Shown here in pieces: positions 1 through 9,311 of a stretch of 64,000 bases of DNA. The stretch is from an uncultured Alteromonadaceae bacterium (GTDB lineage: Bacteria > Pseudomonadota > Gammaproteobacteria > Enterobacterales > Alteromonadaceae). The DNA is taken from NCBI GenBank assembly GCA_950073835.1, contig CATMRP010000001.1, forward strand, positions 14,164 to 78,163, read 5' to 3'. The translations under genes and the position numbers were made by a program. Below the pieces are notes generated by a model. The model saw only the letters and a list, made by a program, of their open reading frames with translations. It was not told where the DNA came from and did not search any database. Every line of letters begins with the position of its first letter. Position 1 is the first letter of the stretch.

Positions 1-24
1 CATTGACAAGTTCTTTTGCGCAAA

Positions 25-145
25 CGAACGTTTCGCTACTTCTGAAATTTAATTAAGCATTTGATATATATTTGTTTTGTTGAGTTTAAAGCTGTTGTGG
101 ATTAATTCTGGTTTGATTGCTCGCTGGCCTGAATCCGAACGTTTT
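25..145. promoter_or_regulatory. Two copies of candidate beta-glucan-locus operator (CGAACGTTTC at 25, CGAACGTTTT at 136) upstream of GH5
   Basis: Variants of the GAACGTTC palindrome that recurs upstream of the other beta-glucan genes (13605, 13625, 20166, 20187, 23093, 23221). Confidence 0.5.
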
Positions 146-269
146 AATTAGCGAAGGAGGATCGCAGTAGAACTCATTCTTGTTACTTATTTGTTAATTT
201 CAGGCTGCTGTGAGTCAGCGAATGCTGGTCCGGCAATAGATAAAAACAAACAATCAACAGGGCCTTCCT

Positions 270-2378
270 ATGAAAATAACCAAAGCTAAATTTACGCCGC
301 TGCGGACGCTGACAAAACTTACTCAGGCTGTCGCCTGCTCCACGCTACTGTCTTTCACCCTAGCGCAACCTGCTGTTGCAGATTTTGTTAGCACTGATGG
401 TACAAAAATCATCGACGAACAGGGTAATGAGTTGTTCCTCAGTGGCATCAACCTGGGTAACTGGCTGGTGTGGGAGGGTTATCTGATGATGGGTGACTTT
501 AACTATCGCACCCATACGCAGTTTTTTAATGAGCTATCCTCGGCGCTTGGCAGTTCTGATCGCGCCGCTGAGTTTGAATATCAATGGCGACTTAATTATG
601 TGGACGAGCAGGCCATTGCCGACCTTAAGGCGCTTGGGTTTAATTCGGTCAGGGTACCCTTTAATTACAATTTATTCTGGTGGAACAATCAACTGCGCGA
701 CAACGGTTTTGAGTATTTTGATCGCGTCATTGAGTGGTGCCGCAAATATGATATGTATGTGTTGTTAGATATGCACGGTGCACCCGGTTATCAAAACCCG
801 GGCGATCACGCCGATAATGTAAATTCCAATGCCAGTCAGCCCCGCGACAGCGTAACCTTCTGGGATGGTAACAATGTACAGGTAGCGGCAACCATCTGGC
901 GACATATTGCTAACCGTTATAAAGATGAGCCGGTAGTGTGGGGTTACGACCTGATAAATGAGCCCGTACCCCAGGACGGCAGGGAATACGAGCTGTTGCC
1001 CTCCCTAATTACGCTGCGCAATGCGATTCGGGAAGTGGACAATAACCACATTATCGTCGCAGAGGGCAGCTGGTGGGGTTCTGACTTATCGAAGATAGAC
1101 TGGACCAATGGACAAACCCAGGCACAAACCGGCATAAACTATCAGTGGGACAGCAAACTGGTGTATCAAATTCACCATTATGGCCCGGTGGCAGATACCA
1201 TGGGCCGTGAGGACATCACCAATAACCTGAATATTCCGTTAATCATTGGTGAATACGGCGAAACAGACGAAGCCAACCTGCTGGCTATTACCAACTGGGC
1301 AAAGCAGGAGCTGGCCGGCTATTTCCCCTGGTCTTTTAAGAAAATGTCGCACGACAGAACGCTCTGGACCGTACCTGCAAACAGTGATTATGAGCAGGTG
1401 AAGGCTTATATCAATCATGGGGGCACGCCGCCAACACATTTGTATGATGCCATGATCAGTTTTGCGCAAAACAATGTGCGTAACGGACATAGCAGTCACA
1501 CCTGGCATCAGGGGTTTTATGAGGGGGTAAAGCCCGATCCTCAATCTACTTCCTGCCAGAATGCCGTGCGCTTTTCTTTGCCCGGTCAAATAGAAGCCGA
1601 GCAGTTTTGTGAGGCTGAGGGGGTAGAGCTGGAAACCACCACCGATGTTAATGGCGGGCAAAATATTGGTTATATAGACGCCGGTGACTATACACAGTAC
1701 AACATCAGCGTAGCGACGGCGGGCCAGTTTACCTTTCAGGCGCGGGTGGCTTCGCTGGACACCGCCGGGCAAATAAATATTCAGCTTAACGGCAGCTCAG
1801 TGGCTTCTCTCTCAACGCCGGTAACCGGCGGTTGGCAAAGCTTTACCACAATTGAGACATCAGTTTATCTGCCAGCAGGCAATCATGCTTTGCGCCTTGT
1901 CTATCCCTATGGCGGGTTTAACTTAAACTGGTTTAACCTGGCTAATGCGCCACAGAATTTGCAGGCAGGTACCTATATTATCAGCAATGTAGCGAGTGGT
2001 CGGGTGATCGACGTGGATGGAGTATCGGCCGCCGACGGGGCGAATGTTCATCTCTGGGATAACTTTGATGCCCCTAATCAACGCTGGCATGCCACGGCGG
2101 TAGGTGAAAATGAATTCGAGCTGGTCAGTCAGCACAGCAATGCCTGCCTGGATGCAGACAACGGCTCCGATAATGTGCATCAGTGGAGTTGCTTTGGCAG
2201 CAATAATCAACGCTGGTTAATCGAAGGCCTGCCCAATGGCGCCTACCGGGTAAGTTCGCAGGCATCCGGCGATATACTGGAAGCTCAGTATGGCGCCATG
2301 GCGAATGGGACCAATGTGCGCACCGCCGCTGCGAACGGGACTGATGCCCAGGCCTGGTGGTTCTCACCGGTTCAGTAA
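270..2378 (+). CDS. Secreted GH5 glycoside hydrolase with CBM6 and ricin-B (CBM13-like) domains; probable beta-glucanase
   Basis: Signal peptide ending QPAVA; GH5 motifs LDMHGAPG, acid/base WGYDLINEP, nucleophile PLIIGEYG; CBM6 (IEAEQF...GGQNIGYIDAGDY...GGFNLNWF); QxW repeats (NQRW, NQRW, AQAWW). Confidence 0.9.
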   Translation: MKITKAKFTPLRTLTKLTQAVACSTLLSFTLAQPAVADFVSTDGTKIIDEQGNELFLSGINLGNWLVWEGYLMMGDFNYRTHTQFFNELSSALGSSDRAAEFEYQWRLNYVDEQAIADLKALGFNSVRVPFNYNLFWWNNQLRDNGFEYFDRVIEWCRKYDMYVLLDMHGAPGYQNPGDHADNVNSNASQPRDSVTFWDGNNVQVAATIWRHIANRYKDEPVVWGYDLINEPVPQDGREYELLPSLITLRNAIREVDNNHIIVAEGSWWGSDLSKIDWTNGQTQAQTGINYQWDSKLVYQIHHYGPVADTMGREDITNNLNIPLIIGEYGETDEANLLAITNWAKQELAGYFPWSFKKMSHDRTLWTVPANSDYEQVKAYINHGGTPPTHLYDAMISFAQNNVRNGHSSHTWHQGFYEGVKPDPQSTSCQNAVRFSLPGQIEAEQFCEAEGVELETTTDVNGGQNIGYIDAGDYTQYNISVATAGQFTFQARVASLDTAGQINIQLNGSSVASLSTPVTGGWQSFTTIETSVYLPAGNHALRLVYPYGGFNLNWFNLANAPQNLQAGTYIISNVASGRVIDVDGVSAADGANVHLWDNFDAPNQRWHATAVGENEFELVSQHSNACLDADNGSDNVHQWSCFGSNNQRWLIEGLPNGAYRVSSQASGDILEAQYGAMANGTNVRTAAANGTDAQAWWFSPVQ

Positions 2379-2535
2379 GGCAGGCTGCAAGCGGTATAGC
2401 AAGCAGGCTGTACCGCTACTCCAGTGCGAGCATCAGGCAATGGGTACGAGAAAATTACAATACCGGGATATTTCTTTATACTGGCCAGAATTCACTTTTG
2501 CTGACGGACTTATTTTGTTTACTGCCAACCTCGTT

Positions 2536-2976
2536 ATGGAGAAAGCGTATCAGTTTTCCCGCTTTGATCGCACTAACCCGCTTTCCACTTGTTCTGAGCA
2601 TCCCATTTTGCTGGATGAGCAGAATTGGCTGACCTGTGAACACTATGTCCAGGCAAAAACCTTACGCAACCAAAAACAAGCCATGAAAGTTACATCGCTA
2701 CCCAGTGGCGAAAAAGCCCATGGCTACGGTAAAGCCTGGTACCGGGCAAAAATAGCCGATTACAAATCCACAGCACCGATCCTGATGAAGCGCGCTTTGT
2801 ACACCAAAGTGCAAATGTATAAGGAAGTGCGCGAAGCGCTGCTTGAAACAGAAGACAGACTGATTATAGAAACCTCTCAGTACGATTATTTTTGGGGGAT
2901 TGGCCGCGATCAGCGAGGCCTTAATCATATTGGTAAAGCCTGGATGGATATTCGAGACAAGCTAAGGGAGCAATAG
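2536..2976 (+). CDS. NADAR (YbiA-like) family protein
   Basis: WLTCEHYVQA, LLETEDRLIIETSQYDYFWGIG, GLNHIGKAWMDIRDKL match the NADAR pattern; start moved to ATG 2536 because the longer ORF overlaps the GH5 gene. Confidence 0.8.
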   Translation: MEKAYQFSRFDRTNPLSTCSEHPILLDEQNWLTCEHYVQAKTLRNQKQAMKVTSLPSGEKAHGYGKAWYRAKIADYKSTAPILMKRALYTKVQMYKEVREALLETEDRLIIETSQYDYFWGIGRDQRGLNHIGKAWMDIRDKLREQ

Positions 2977-3303
2977 CACGAGGCTGCATTGCATCAATTA
3001 ACGATGGATGCGCTGGCTTTTAACAATGCCCAACCGTTTATAACAGCCATTTGTCGGCAATAGGTTTATAGATTGTGACGTTTTGTTTTCCGCTTATGGA
3101 TGGACTTTCCTGCCTGCTCTGTCATTGCACAGATTTTCGTTGTGGAAATGTATAGCTGTAATTTTCCGCGCACGCCGGCTAAATCAGAATCATTGAGCAT
3201 AGACTTGATGTGAGCCCGTTTGGGGTGGGTCACTGACCTGTGCCTATCACTTTCTAACCGATATCTACCTACCCATTGTTAATAAAACTGACCATTGGTT
3301 GTG

Positions 3304-3323
3304 TTTGCTCGATAACGAAAAAA
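3304..3323. promoter_or_regulatory. GlpR operator-like site upstream of glpF
   Basis: TTTGCTCGATAACGAAAAAA resembles the enterobacterial GlpR operator TGTTCGATAACGAACA; glpR is in the cluster. Confidence 0.65.
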
Positions 3324-3412
3324 TAATTGGTCGTTTACTTTCGTTTTTTTATTTTTCATGTAAAGTAACATTTCATTAATAAAAAAACGGCGTATACACG
3401 AGGATAACCACT

Positions 3413-4264
3413 ATGACGACAAAAGAGGGACCGACGCTACTCAGTCAGTGTATAGCAGAGTTTATTGGTACCGGATTATTGATCTTCTTTGGGGTTGGCT
3501 GTGTTGCTGCTCTGATACTCAATGGATCGTCGTTTACCCAGTGGGAAATTAGTATTGTTTGGGGCATGGGGGTTGCTATTGCAATTTATTGCACGGCAGG
3601 CATTTCGGGGGCTCACATCAATCCGGCTGTAACCATAGCGCTCTGGTTGTTGCATGGTTTTGAAAAACACAAAGTCCTGCCTTATATCACGTCGCAGGTA
3701 TTGGGGGCGTTTTGTGCCGCGGCGTTGATATACGGGCTCTATGCCAACCTGTTCATAGAGTTTGAAACGGCAACCAGTATTAGTCGCAGCAGTCTCGATG
3801 GACTGGCCACGGCCAGCATTTTCTCAACCTATCCGCACTCAGCGCTGACCCTCACTGGCGCGTTTGCCGTTGAGTTTGTCATAACGGCCGTCCTGTTGTT
3901 TGCCATACTGGCATTAGGAGATGAACACAATGGGGCACCCAGAGGGGCAATGAACCCCTTACTCATCGGGATTTTGATTGCTGTGATAGGCAGCTCATTG
4001 GGGCCGCTGACCGGTTTTGCCATGAATCCCGCCCGGGACTTTGGCCCTAAATTGTTTACGTACCTTGCCGGCTGGGACTATGCACTAAGCGGTGGCAAGG
4101 ATATACCTTACTTCATCGTACCTGTCGTTGCCCCGATTGCAGGTGCCTGTTTCGGTGCATGGTTGTATCCATTTGTGATTGGAACCCGGCTGGCAAACAG
4201 CGGGCACGGCTGTACTATTCCGAATCAGTGCGATGACGCTGAACCAATTAACGACCTAAAATAA
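3413..4264 (+). CDS. glpF: Glycerol uptake facilitator (MIP aquaglyceroporin)
   Basis: Two NPA boxes (SGAHINPAVT, GFAMNPARDFGPK); directly upstream of glycerol kinase. Confidence 0.97.
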   Translation: MTTKEGPTLLSQCIAEFIGTGLLIFFGVGCVAALILNGSSFTQWEISIVWGMGVAIAIYCTAGISGAHINPAVTIALWLLHGFEKHKVLPYITSQVLGAFCAAALIYGLYANLFIEFETATSISRSSLDGLATASIFSTYPHSALTLTGAFAVEFVITAVLLFAILALGDEHNGAPRGAMNPLLIGILIAVIGSSLGPLTGFAMNPARDFGPKLFTYLAGWDYALSGGKDIPYFIVPVVAPIAGACFGAWLYPFVIGTRLANSGHGCTIPNQCDDAEPINDLK

Positions 4265-4287
4265 CTGTAGAGTAACAGGACACGGAC

Positions 4288-5811
4288 ATGAGTGAACAAA
4301 AATACATTGTAGCCCTGGATCAGGGCACAACCAGCTCCAGAACAATTATTCTGGATCATGATGCCAATATCGTTGCCGTTGCTCAGCGGGAGTTTAGTCA
4401 GATTTATCCTCGCGCTGGCTGGGTTGAGCATGATCCGATGGATATCTACGCCACCCAGAGTTCAACGCTGATTGAAGCGCTGGGTAAGTCAGGTATTCGC
4501 AGCGATCAGATAGCTGCCATTGGTATCACCAACCAGCGTGAAACGGCTGTCGTCTGGAATAAAGAAACCGGTAAACCGGTGTATAACGCTATCGTCTGGC
4601 AGTGCCGCCGCACGGCAGATATTTGTGACTCACTGCGTGAGGGGGGGCACGAAGAGTATATCCGTGAAGCGACCGGCCTGGTTTTGGATCCTTACTTCTC
4701 AGGCACCAAAGTTAAGTGGATACTGGATAATGTACCCGGAGCGCGCGAGGATGCTGAAGCAGGTAAATTACTCTTTGGCACCGTGGACAGCTGGTTGCTC
4801 TGGAAAATGACGCAAGGGAGTGTGCATGTCACGGATTACACCAATGCTTCACGTACCATGATGTTCAATATAAATGACCTGTGCTGGGATCAGAAACTGC
4901 TCGATTTACTTGGCGTGCCGACTTCGATGTTACCCGAAGTGAAGCCCTCTTCAGCGGTATACGGGCATACGAATATTGGCGGCAAAGAAGGGACCCGAAT
5001 TCCGGTTGCTGGTATTGCCGGAGATCAACAGGCCGCGCTCTTTGGGCAAATGTGTGTCGCAGCCGGACAAGCCAAAAATACCTATGGCACCGGCTGTTTC
5101 CTGTTAATGAATACCGGCAGTGAGAAAGTCAGTTCTTCCCATGGATTGTTAACCACCCTGGCTTGTGGTCCGAAAGGTGAGCCTGCATACGCTCTTGAGG
5201 GAGCGGTATTTATGGGGGGAGCCTCAGTACAATGGCTGCGTGATGAGCTTAAGCTGATGGCAGATGCCAGTGACTCTGAATATTTTGCAACCAAAGTCGA
5301 CACGGCCAACGGTGTGTATGTAGTGCCAGCTTTCACCGGTCTGGGAGCACCCTACTGGGATCCTCACGCAAGAGGCACCATTGTAGGTCTGACGCGCGGG
5401 GTGAATTCCAACCATGTGATCCGCGCGACGCTGGAGAGCATTGCCTATCAAACACGTGATGTACTCGACGCCATGCAGGCCGACTCAGGCATACAACTGG
5501 CGGGGCTAAGAGTCGATGGTGGCGCTGTTGCAAACAATTTTCTGATGCAGTTTCAGGCAGACGTACTGAATACCGAGGTTAATCGCCCGAAAGTCACCGA
5601 GGTGACCGCGCTTGGCGCAGCTTATCTGGCTGGGCTGGCGGTTGGCTTCTGGCAATCACTGGGTGAATTGGAAGATAAAGCCCAACTGGATCGCACATTC
5701 GTGCCTGCAGCCGACGAGCAAAAACGCAGCCGACGCTACAGCGGGTGGCGGCGTGCGGTGAAGTGTGCTCAGTTATGGGCTTCACTGCGGGATGAAACCA
5801 ACCAGGATTAA
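4288..5811 (+). CDS. glpK: Glycerol kinase
   Basis: [58 protein letters not shown]. Confidence 0.98.
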   Translation: MSEQKYIVALDQGTTSSRTIILDHDANIVAVAQREFSQIYPRAGWVEHDPMDIYATQSSTLIEALGKSGIRSDQIAAIGITNQRETAVVWNKETGKPVYNAIVWQCRRTADICDSLREGGHEEYIREATGLVLDPYFSGTKVKWILDNVPGAREDAEAGKLLFGTVDSWLLWKMTQGSVHVTDYTNASRTMMFNINDLCWDQKLLDLLGVPTSMLPEVKPSSAVYGHTNIGGKEGTRIPVAGIAGDQQAALFGQMCVAAGQAKNTYGTGCFLLMNTGSEKVSSSHGLLTTLACGPKGEPAYALEGAVFMGGASVQWLRDELKLMADASDSEYFATKVDTANGVYVVPAFTGLGAPYWDPHARGTIVGLTRGVNSNHVIRATLESIAYQTRDVLDAMQADSGIQLAGLRVDGGAVANNFLMQFQADVLNTEVNRPKVTEVTALGAAYLAGLAVGFWQSLGELEDKAQLDRTFVPAADEQKRSRRYSGWRRAVKCAQLWASLRDETNQD

Positions 5812-5880
5812 TCAGCAGCCGGCACGACGACCAGCTCAGGCGTAGGCAGTGTAAAGCGTAAATACTATTTCTTGCGCTTA

Positions 5881-5934
5881 ATTGTTCGCTTTATCTGTAC
5901 AAAAGCGAACATTCTCTCAATAATACGAACAATT
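5881..5934. promoter_or_regulatory. GlpR half-site cluster upstream of glpR
   Basis: ATTGTTCGCT (5881), AGCGAACATT, TACGAACAATT: TGTTCG/CGAACA half-sites. Confidence 0.5.
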
Positions 5935-5967
5935 CTGAGGTTTTTGACGTTGTTTTGGGAGTCTGAT

Positions 5968-6741
5968 GTGAAACAAGCACCGCGCCATGTGCAAATAGTC
6001 GAGCTGGTCACTAAGCACGGTTACGTGAGCGTTGATGAGCTGGTCGAAAAGTTTAACGTTAGTCCTCAAACTATTCGCCGAGACTTAACCGAATTGTCTG
6101 ATGCAAATAAGCTGCGCCGCTATCATGGTGGTGCGACACTGCCTCTGAGTTCCGAAAATACTGATTACCGCACCCGCAAGGCCCAGAAGTTTGGTGAAAA
6201 GGACCTAATCGCTGAAGAGTTGGTCAAACATATCCCGGATGGTGCGACGCTGTTTATCGACATTGGCACTACACCCGAAGCGGTAGCGGTGGCGTTAAAT
6301 AAGAAACACAAGCAATTGCGAGTGGTCACAAACAATCTGAACGTTGCTACCATTTTGCAACCCAACCGAGAAATTCAGGTCATCCTAGCCGGTGGTGAGG
6401 TTCGAGATCGCGATGGTGGCATAATTGGCGAAGCTACGCTGGATTTTGTTAAGCAATTCAGGCTGGACTTCGGCATTTTAGGTATCAGTGGTATAGATTT
6501 TGACGGTTCACTATTAGACTTCGATTATCATGAAGTCCGGGTAAAACAGGCCATTATCGAAAACAGCCGTAGTGTTTTTCTGGCCGTTGACTATTCCAAA
6601 TTTGGCCGTAATGCCATGGTGAAGTTGGGCAATATTGCGCAAATTCATACGGTGGTTACCGACCGTCAGCCTCCCGAATCGATTTGTAAAATTCTTGACG
6701 ATAATAACGTCATTCTTGCTGTAGCCGCGTCTTCTAGCTGA
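5968..6741 (+). CDS. glpR: DeoR-family glycerol-3-phosphate regulon repressor
   Basis: HTH VSPQTIRRDL, RRYHGGA, LFIDIGTTPE, DYSKFGRNA; GTG start at 5968 after GGAG. Confidence 0.95.
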   Translation: MKQAPRHVQIVELVTKHGYVSVDELVEKFNVSPQTIRRDLTELSDANKLRRYHGGATLPLSSENTDYRTRKAQKFGEKDLIAEELVKHIPDGATLFIDIGTTPEAVAVALNKKHKQLRVVTNNLNVATILQPNREIQVILAGGEVRDRDGGIIGEATLDFVKQFRLDFGILGISGIDFDGSLLDFDYHEVRVKQAIIENSRSVFLAVDYSKFGRNAMVKLGNIAQIHTVVTDRQPPESICKILDDNNVILAVAASSS

Positions 6742-6800
6742 TTCGCCCTGTCCTCTGTACATTTCTGTTTCTGCTGTTTAATCGGTAGAAAGGGATTCTT

Positions 6801-6873
6801 AACGAAAATAATGTTCGTATTTTTTCGTTATTTGTTCCTTTTCGAAAATAAAGGGTGATCGAAAGCGAAAATT
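6801..6873. promoter_or_regulatory. GlpR operator-like array upstream of glpD
   Basis: AATGTTCGTAT, TTTCGAAAATA and TGATCGAAAGCGAAAATT in an AT-rich glpD promoter region. Confidence 0.55.
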
Positions 6874-6929
6874 ACTTTACTATGACAAATATTCTCGTAA
6901 AGACATTCTCACCCTGAGGAAGTATCAAA

Positions 6930-8477
6930 ATGCAAAGCGCTAATTCTCAAAATGATGACCAGTTTCTGGATTTGATTGTGGTTGGCGGCGGAATAAATGG
7001 GGCTGGTATTGCTGCCGATGCCGCTGGTCGTGGGTTGTCTGTTGGGTTATACGAGGCCAGGGATTTTGCCTCTGCAACCTCTTCGGCAAGTTCCAAACTC
7101 ATTCATGGTGGTCTAAGGTATCTTGAGCACTACGAGTTTCGCTTGGTGTCTGAGGCGCTGAAAGAGCGGGAAGTCTTGCTCCGCAAAGCCCCTCATGTGG
7201 TAACTCCTCTCAGGTTTCGTTTACCTCATCGTCCGTTTTTACGTCCGGCCTGGATGATTCGATTGGGCTTGTTTCTCTATGATCACCTTGGCAAACGCAC
7301 CACATTACAAGGTAGCAAGACGATTGATCTGTCAGCTTCTGGCAACTTAAACTCGCAAATTACCAAAGGGTTTGAGTATTCGGATTGTTGGGTCGATGAT
7401 GCCCGGTTGGTCTTGTTGAATATTCAGGCGGCGCAGGCGCTTGGCGCAGAAATGATGAATTATTGTCAGGTTGAACGGGCTGAGCCCATTGCCGGTGGCT
7501 GGCTGGTTTCACTGTTCGACAGTTTCACCAATACGCGTTTCACCAGAAAGTCCAGGACATTGGTTAACGCTGCGGGTCCTTGGGTTAAATCGCTCTTCGA
7601 CCAGTCTATCAGTATGGCGTCGCCTTATAACATCCGCCTGATCAAAGGATCACACATTGTTGTGAAACGTATTCATGACGAGGAACAGGCATATATTCTT
7701 CAGAATGAAGATGACCGGATCGTATTTGTTATTCCTTATCTGGATGATTACTCGCTGATTGGTACTACCGACCTGGAATACAAAGGGGATCCTCGTGACA
7801 CGCAAATTTCAGAGCAGGAAACGGATTATCTGTTGAATGTAGTGAATCAGCATTTTGTTAATACTCTGAAACGCGAGGATGTGGTGTGGTCATATAGCGG
7901 CGTCAGACCGCTGTGTGACGACGAATCCTCATCGCCACAGGCCATCACGAGAGATTACACATTAGCCTTGCAAGCGGATAACGAGCATCGTTCACCGCTG
8001 CTTTCTGTGTTTGGCGGAAAACTTACCACCTACCGAAAATTAGCGGAGTCAGCCATGAAGAAGCTAACGCCTTTCTATAGTGAAATCGGCGATAGCTGGA
8101 CACATTGCAGTACTCTCCCTGGCGGTGATTTCAGTTGTTCAAGGGATTTATATGCCAACAACATTCACCAGGACTATCCTTTCCTGTCTGCGCGTTTAGC
8201 GAACCGGTACACCAGTCAGTTTGGTTCCAACACCCATACCCTGCTGCAAAATGTAAAAAGCAAAGCCGAGTTAGGAATTGATTTTGGTCATGAGGTGTAC
8301 CAGGCTGAGATTGATTACATGATAGAGCATGAGTTTGTTAAACACCCTGATGATTTCTTGTGGCGGCGGACTAAAATGGGGGTTGTCATGTCCCATGAAG
8401 AACAGCTTGCCGTAGGCGAATACATCAGTCGACGGGTGGCGACTGAAGAAACCCCTGCGCGCCAAATGGCAGGCTAG
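6930..8477 (+). CDS. glpD: Aerobic glycerol-3-phosphate dehydrogenase (FAD)
   Basis: VVGGGINGAG, ATSSASSKLIHGGLRYLEHYEF, LIKGSHIVV, GTTD, GVRPL, FGGKLTTYRKLAE. Confidence 0.97.
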   Translation: MQSANSQNDDQFLDLIVVGGGINGAGIAADAAGRGLSVGLYEARDFASATSSASSKLIHGGLRYLEHYEFRLVSEALKEREVLLRKAPHVVTPLRFRLPHRPFLRPAWMIRLGLFLYDHLGKRTTLQGSKTIDLSASGNLNSQITKGFEYSDCWVDDARLVLLNIQAAQALGAEMMNYCQVERAEPIAGGWLVSLFDSFTNTRFTRKSRTLVNAAGPWVKSLFDQSISMASPYNIRLIKGSHIVVKRIHDEEQAYILQNEDDRIVFVIPYLDDYSLIGTTDLEYKGDPRDTQISEQETDYLLNVVNQHFVNTLKREDVVWSYSGVRPLCDDESSSPQAITRDYTLALQADNEHRSPLLSVFGGKLTTYRKLAESAMKKLTPFYSEIGDSWTHCSTLPGGDFSCSRDLYANNIHQDYPFLSARLANRYTSQFGSNTHTLLQNVKSKAELGIDFGHEVYQAEIDYMIEHEFVKHPDDFLWRRTKMGVVMSHEEQLAVGEYISRRVATEETPARQMAG

Positions 8478-8488
8478 CCAGTCAATAT

Positions 8489-8533
8489 AAAAAAGCGGGG
8501 ACAGCAGACACTTAAGGTATCCGGCTGTTCCCT
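8489..8533 (-). terminator. Probable intrinsic terminator after DUF6445, between convergent genes
   Basis: Minus strand GGGAACAGCCGGATAC-loop-GTGTCTGCTGTCCCC followed by a T-run; imperfect stem. Confidence 0.45.
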
Positions 8534-8570
8534 TAGCTGACTCGCCACTGCGCAATTGCTGTCGTTGGCG

Positions 8571-9311
8571 TTAACGGGAATGCCACTCCCCACTCACAAA
8601 AACATTCGCCGTCAAGCGTCCATCGTCCGGCGACTCGCTGAGGTCTTTGTCCGGGTTAATTAACCCCGAATGCAGCAAGGTGCCCGGGTATACCACCATT
8701 CTGTTAGGTTTGTAGTCGATAGTGCCGAGGCGCTGATATTCATTAGTACTGTGGTTAAAGTAACTTTGAGGACGCTCGGTGGTGCGGTTTGCCCAATCTT
8801 TTCTGGCCCGTTCAAAGGCGGGCCAGCGGGCTTGGGTGATATTTTCAAATCCGGTGGGCAGATGACGGTAAAACCCTGTTCCGCTAAAGGAGTGATTGCT
8901 GGCATACAGCATTATGGCAAAGTCTGTGGGTAACTGTGAGTCAAAGTGAGGCAGGCATTGCAGCGGATGCAGTGCCTTCTCCGGGGTAGCAGCAAGACTT
9001 AACCAGCAGCCCTGATCGCTGAAGTGTGTGTTCTGCGGCAAACCATATGCAGAGATCATCATGCTGGCGGCAGCACTTAGCATAATATCCCGCAGCACAT
9101 CCGGGCAGCGCGCCCGAACGCCAGGGTAATAAGTCGCTGCTTCTGGCGTAAAGGTTTGTTGCGCAGCGAGTTGTTGCACGGCGCGCAGATGAGTAAATAG
9201 ATCATCTACCAGTAAAACCCGTGTTTGCTCGTGCCCAATTTTCAGTACATGCCAGCGGGCATCTGGGTTTAAGGCCAGGGGCGCGTCGTTTGAAATTTGC
9301 ATTACGGCCAT
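8571..9311 (-). CDS. DUF6445-family protein; putative 2OG-Fe(II) oxygenase-like
   Basis: YYPGVR, LPHFD (HxD), LLHSG (distal His), GRLT; family recalled as co-occurring with halogenase/SapC/cupin loci; overlaps the GH30 stop. Confidence 0.75.
   Translation of the reverse strand: MAVMQISNDAPLALNPDARWHVLKIGHEQTRVLLVDDLFTHLRAVQQLAAQQTFTPEAATYYPGVRARCPDVLRDIMLSAAASMMISAYGLPQNTHFSDQGCWLSLAATPEKALHPLQCLPHFDSQLPTDFAIMLYASNHSFSGTGFYRHLPTGFENITQARWPAFERARKDWANRTTERPQSYFNHSTNEYQRLGTIDYKPNRMVVYPGTLLHSGLINPDKDLSESPDDGRLTANVFVSGEWHSR

Noticed and set aside
3-8. Perfect TTGACA -35 hexamer at the window start
   Set aside because: No plausible -10 element at 16-18 bp spacing; upstream context is cut off
2290-2535. 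N-terminal extension of the NADAR ORF in the supplied track
   Set aside because: Overlaps the GH5 3' end and has no family-like sequence; the NADAR pattern begins at ATG 2536
3413-8477. Foreign origin of the glp cluster judged by composition
   Set aside because: Spot GC counts (27-34 per 60 nt) were not clearly different from the flanks; phylogeny would be needed
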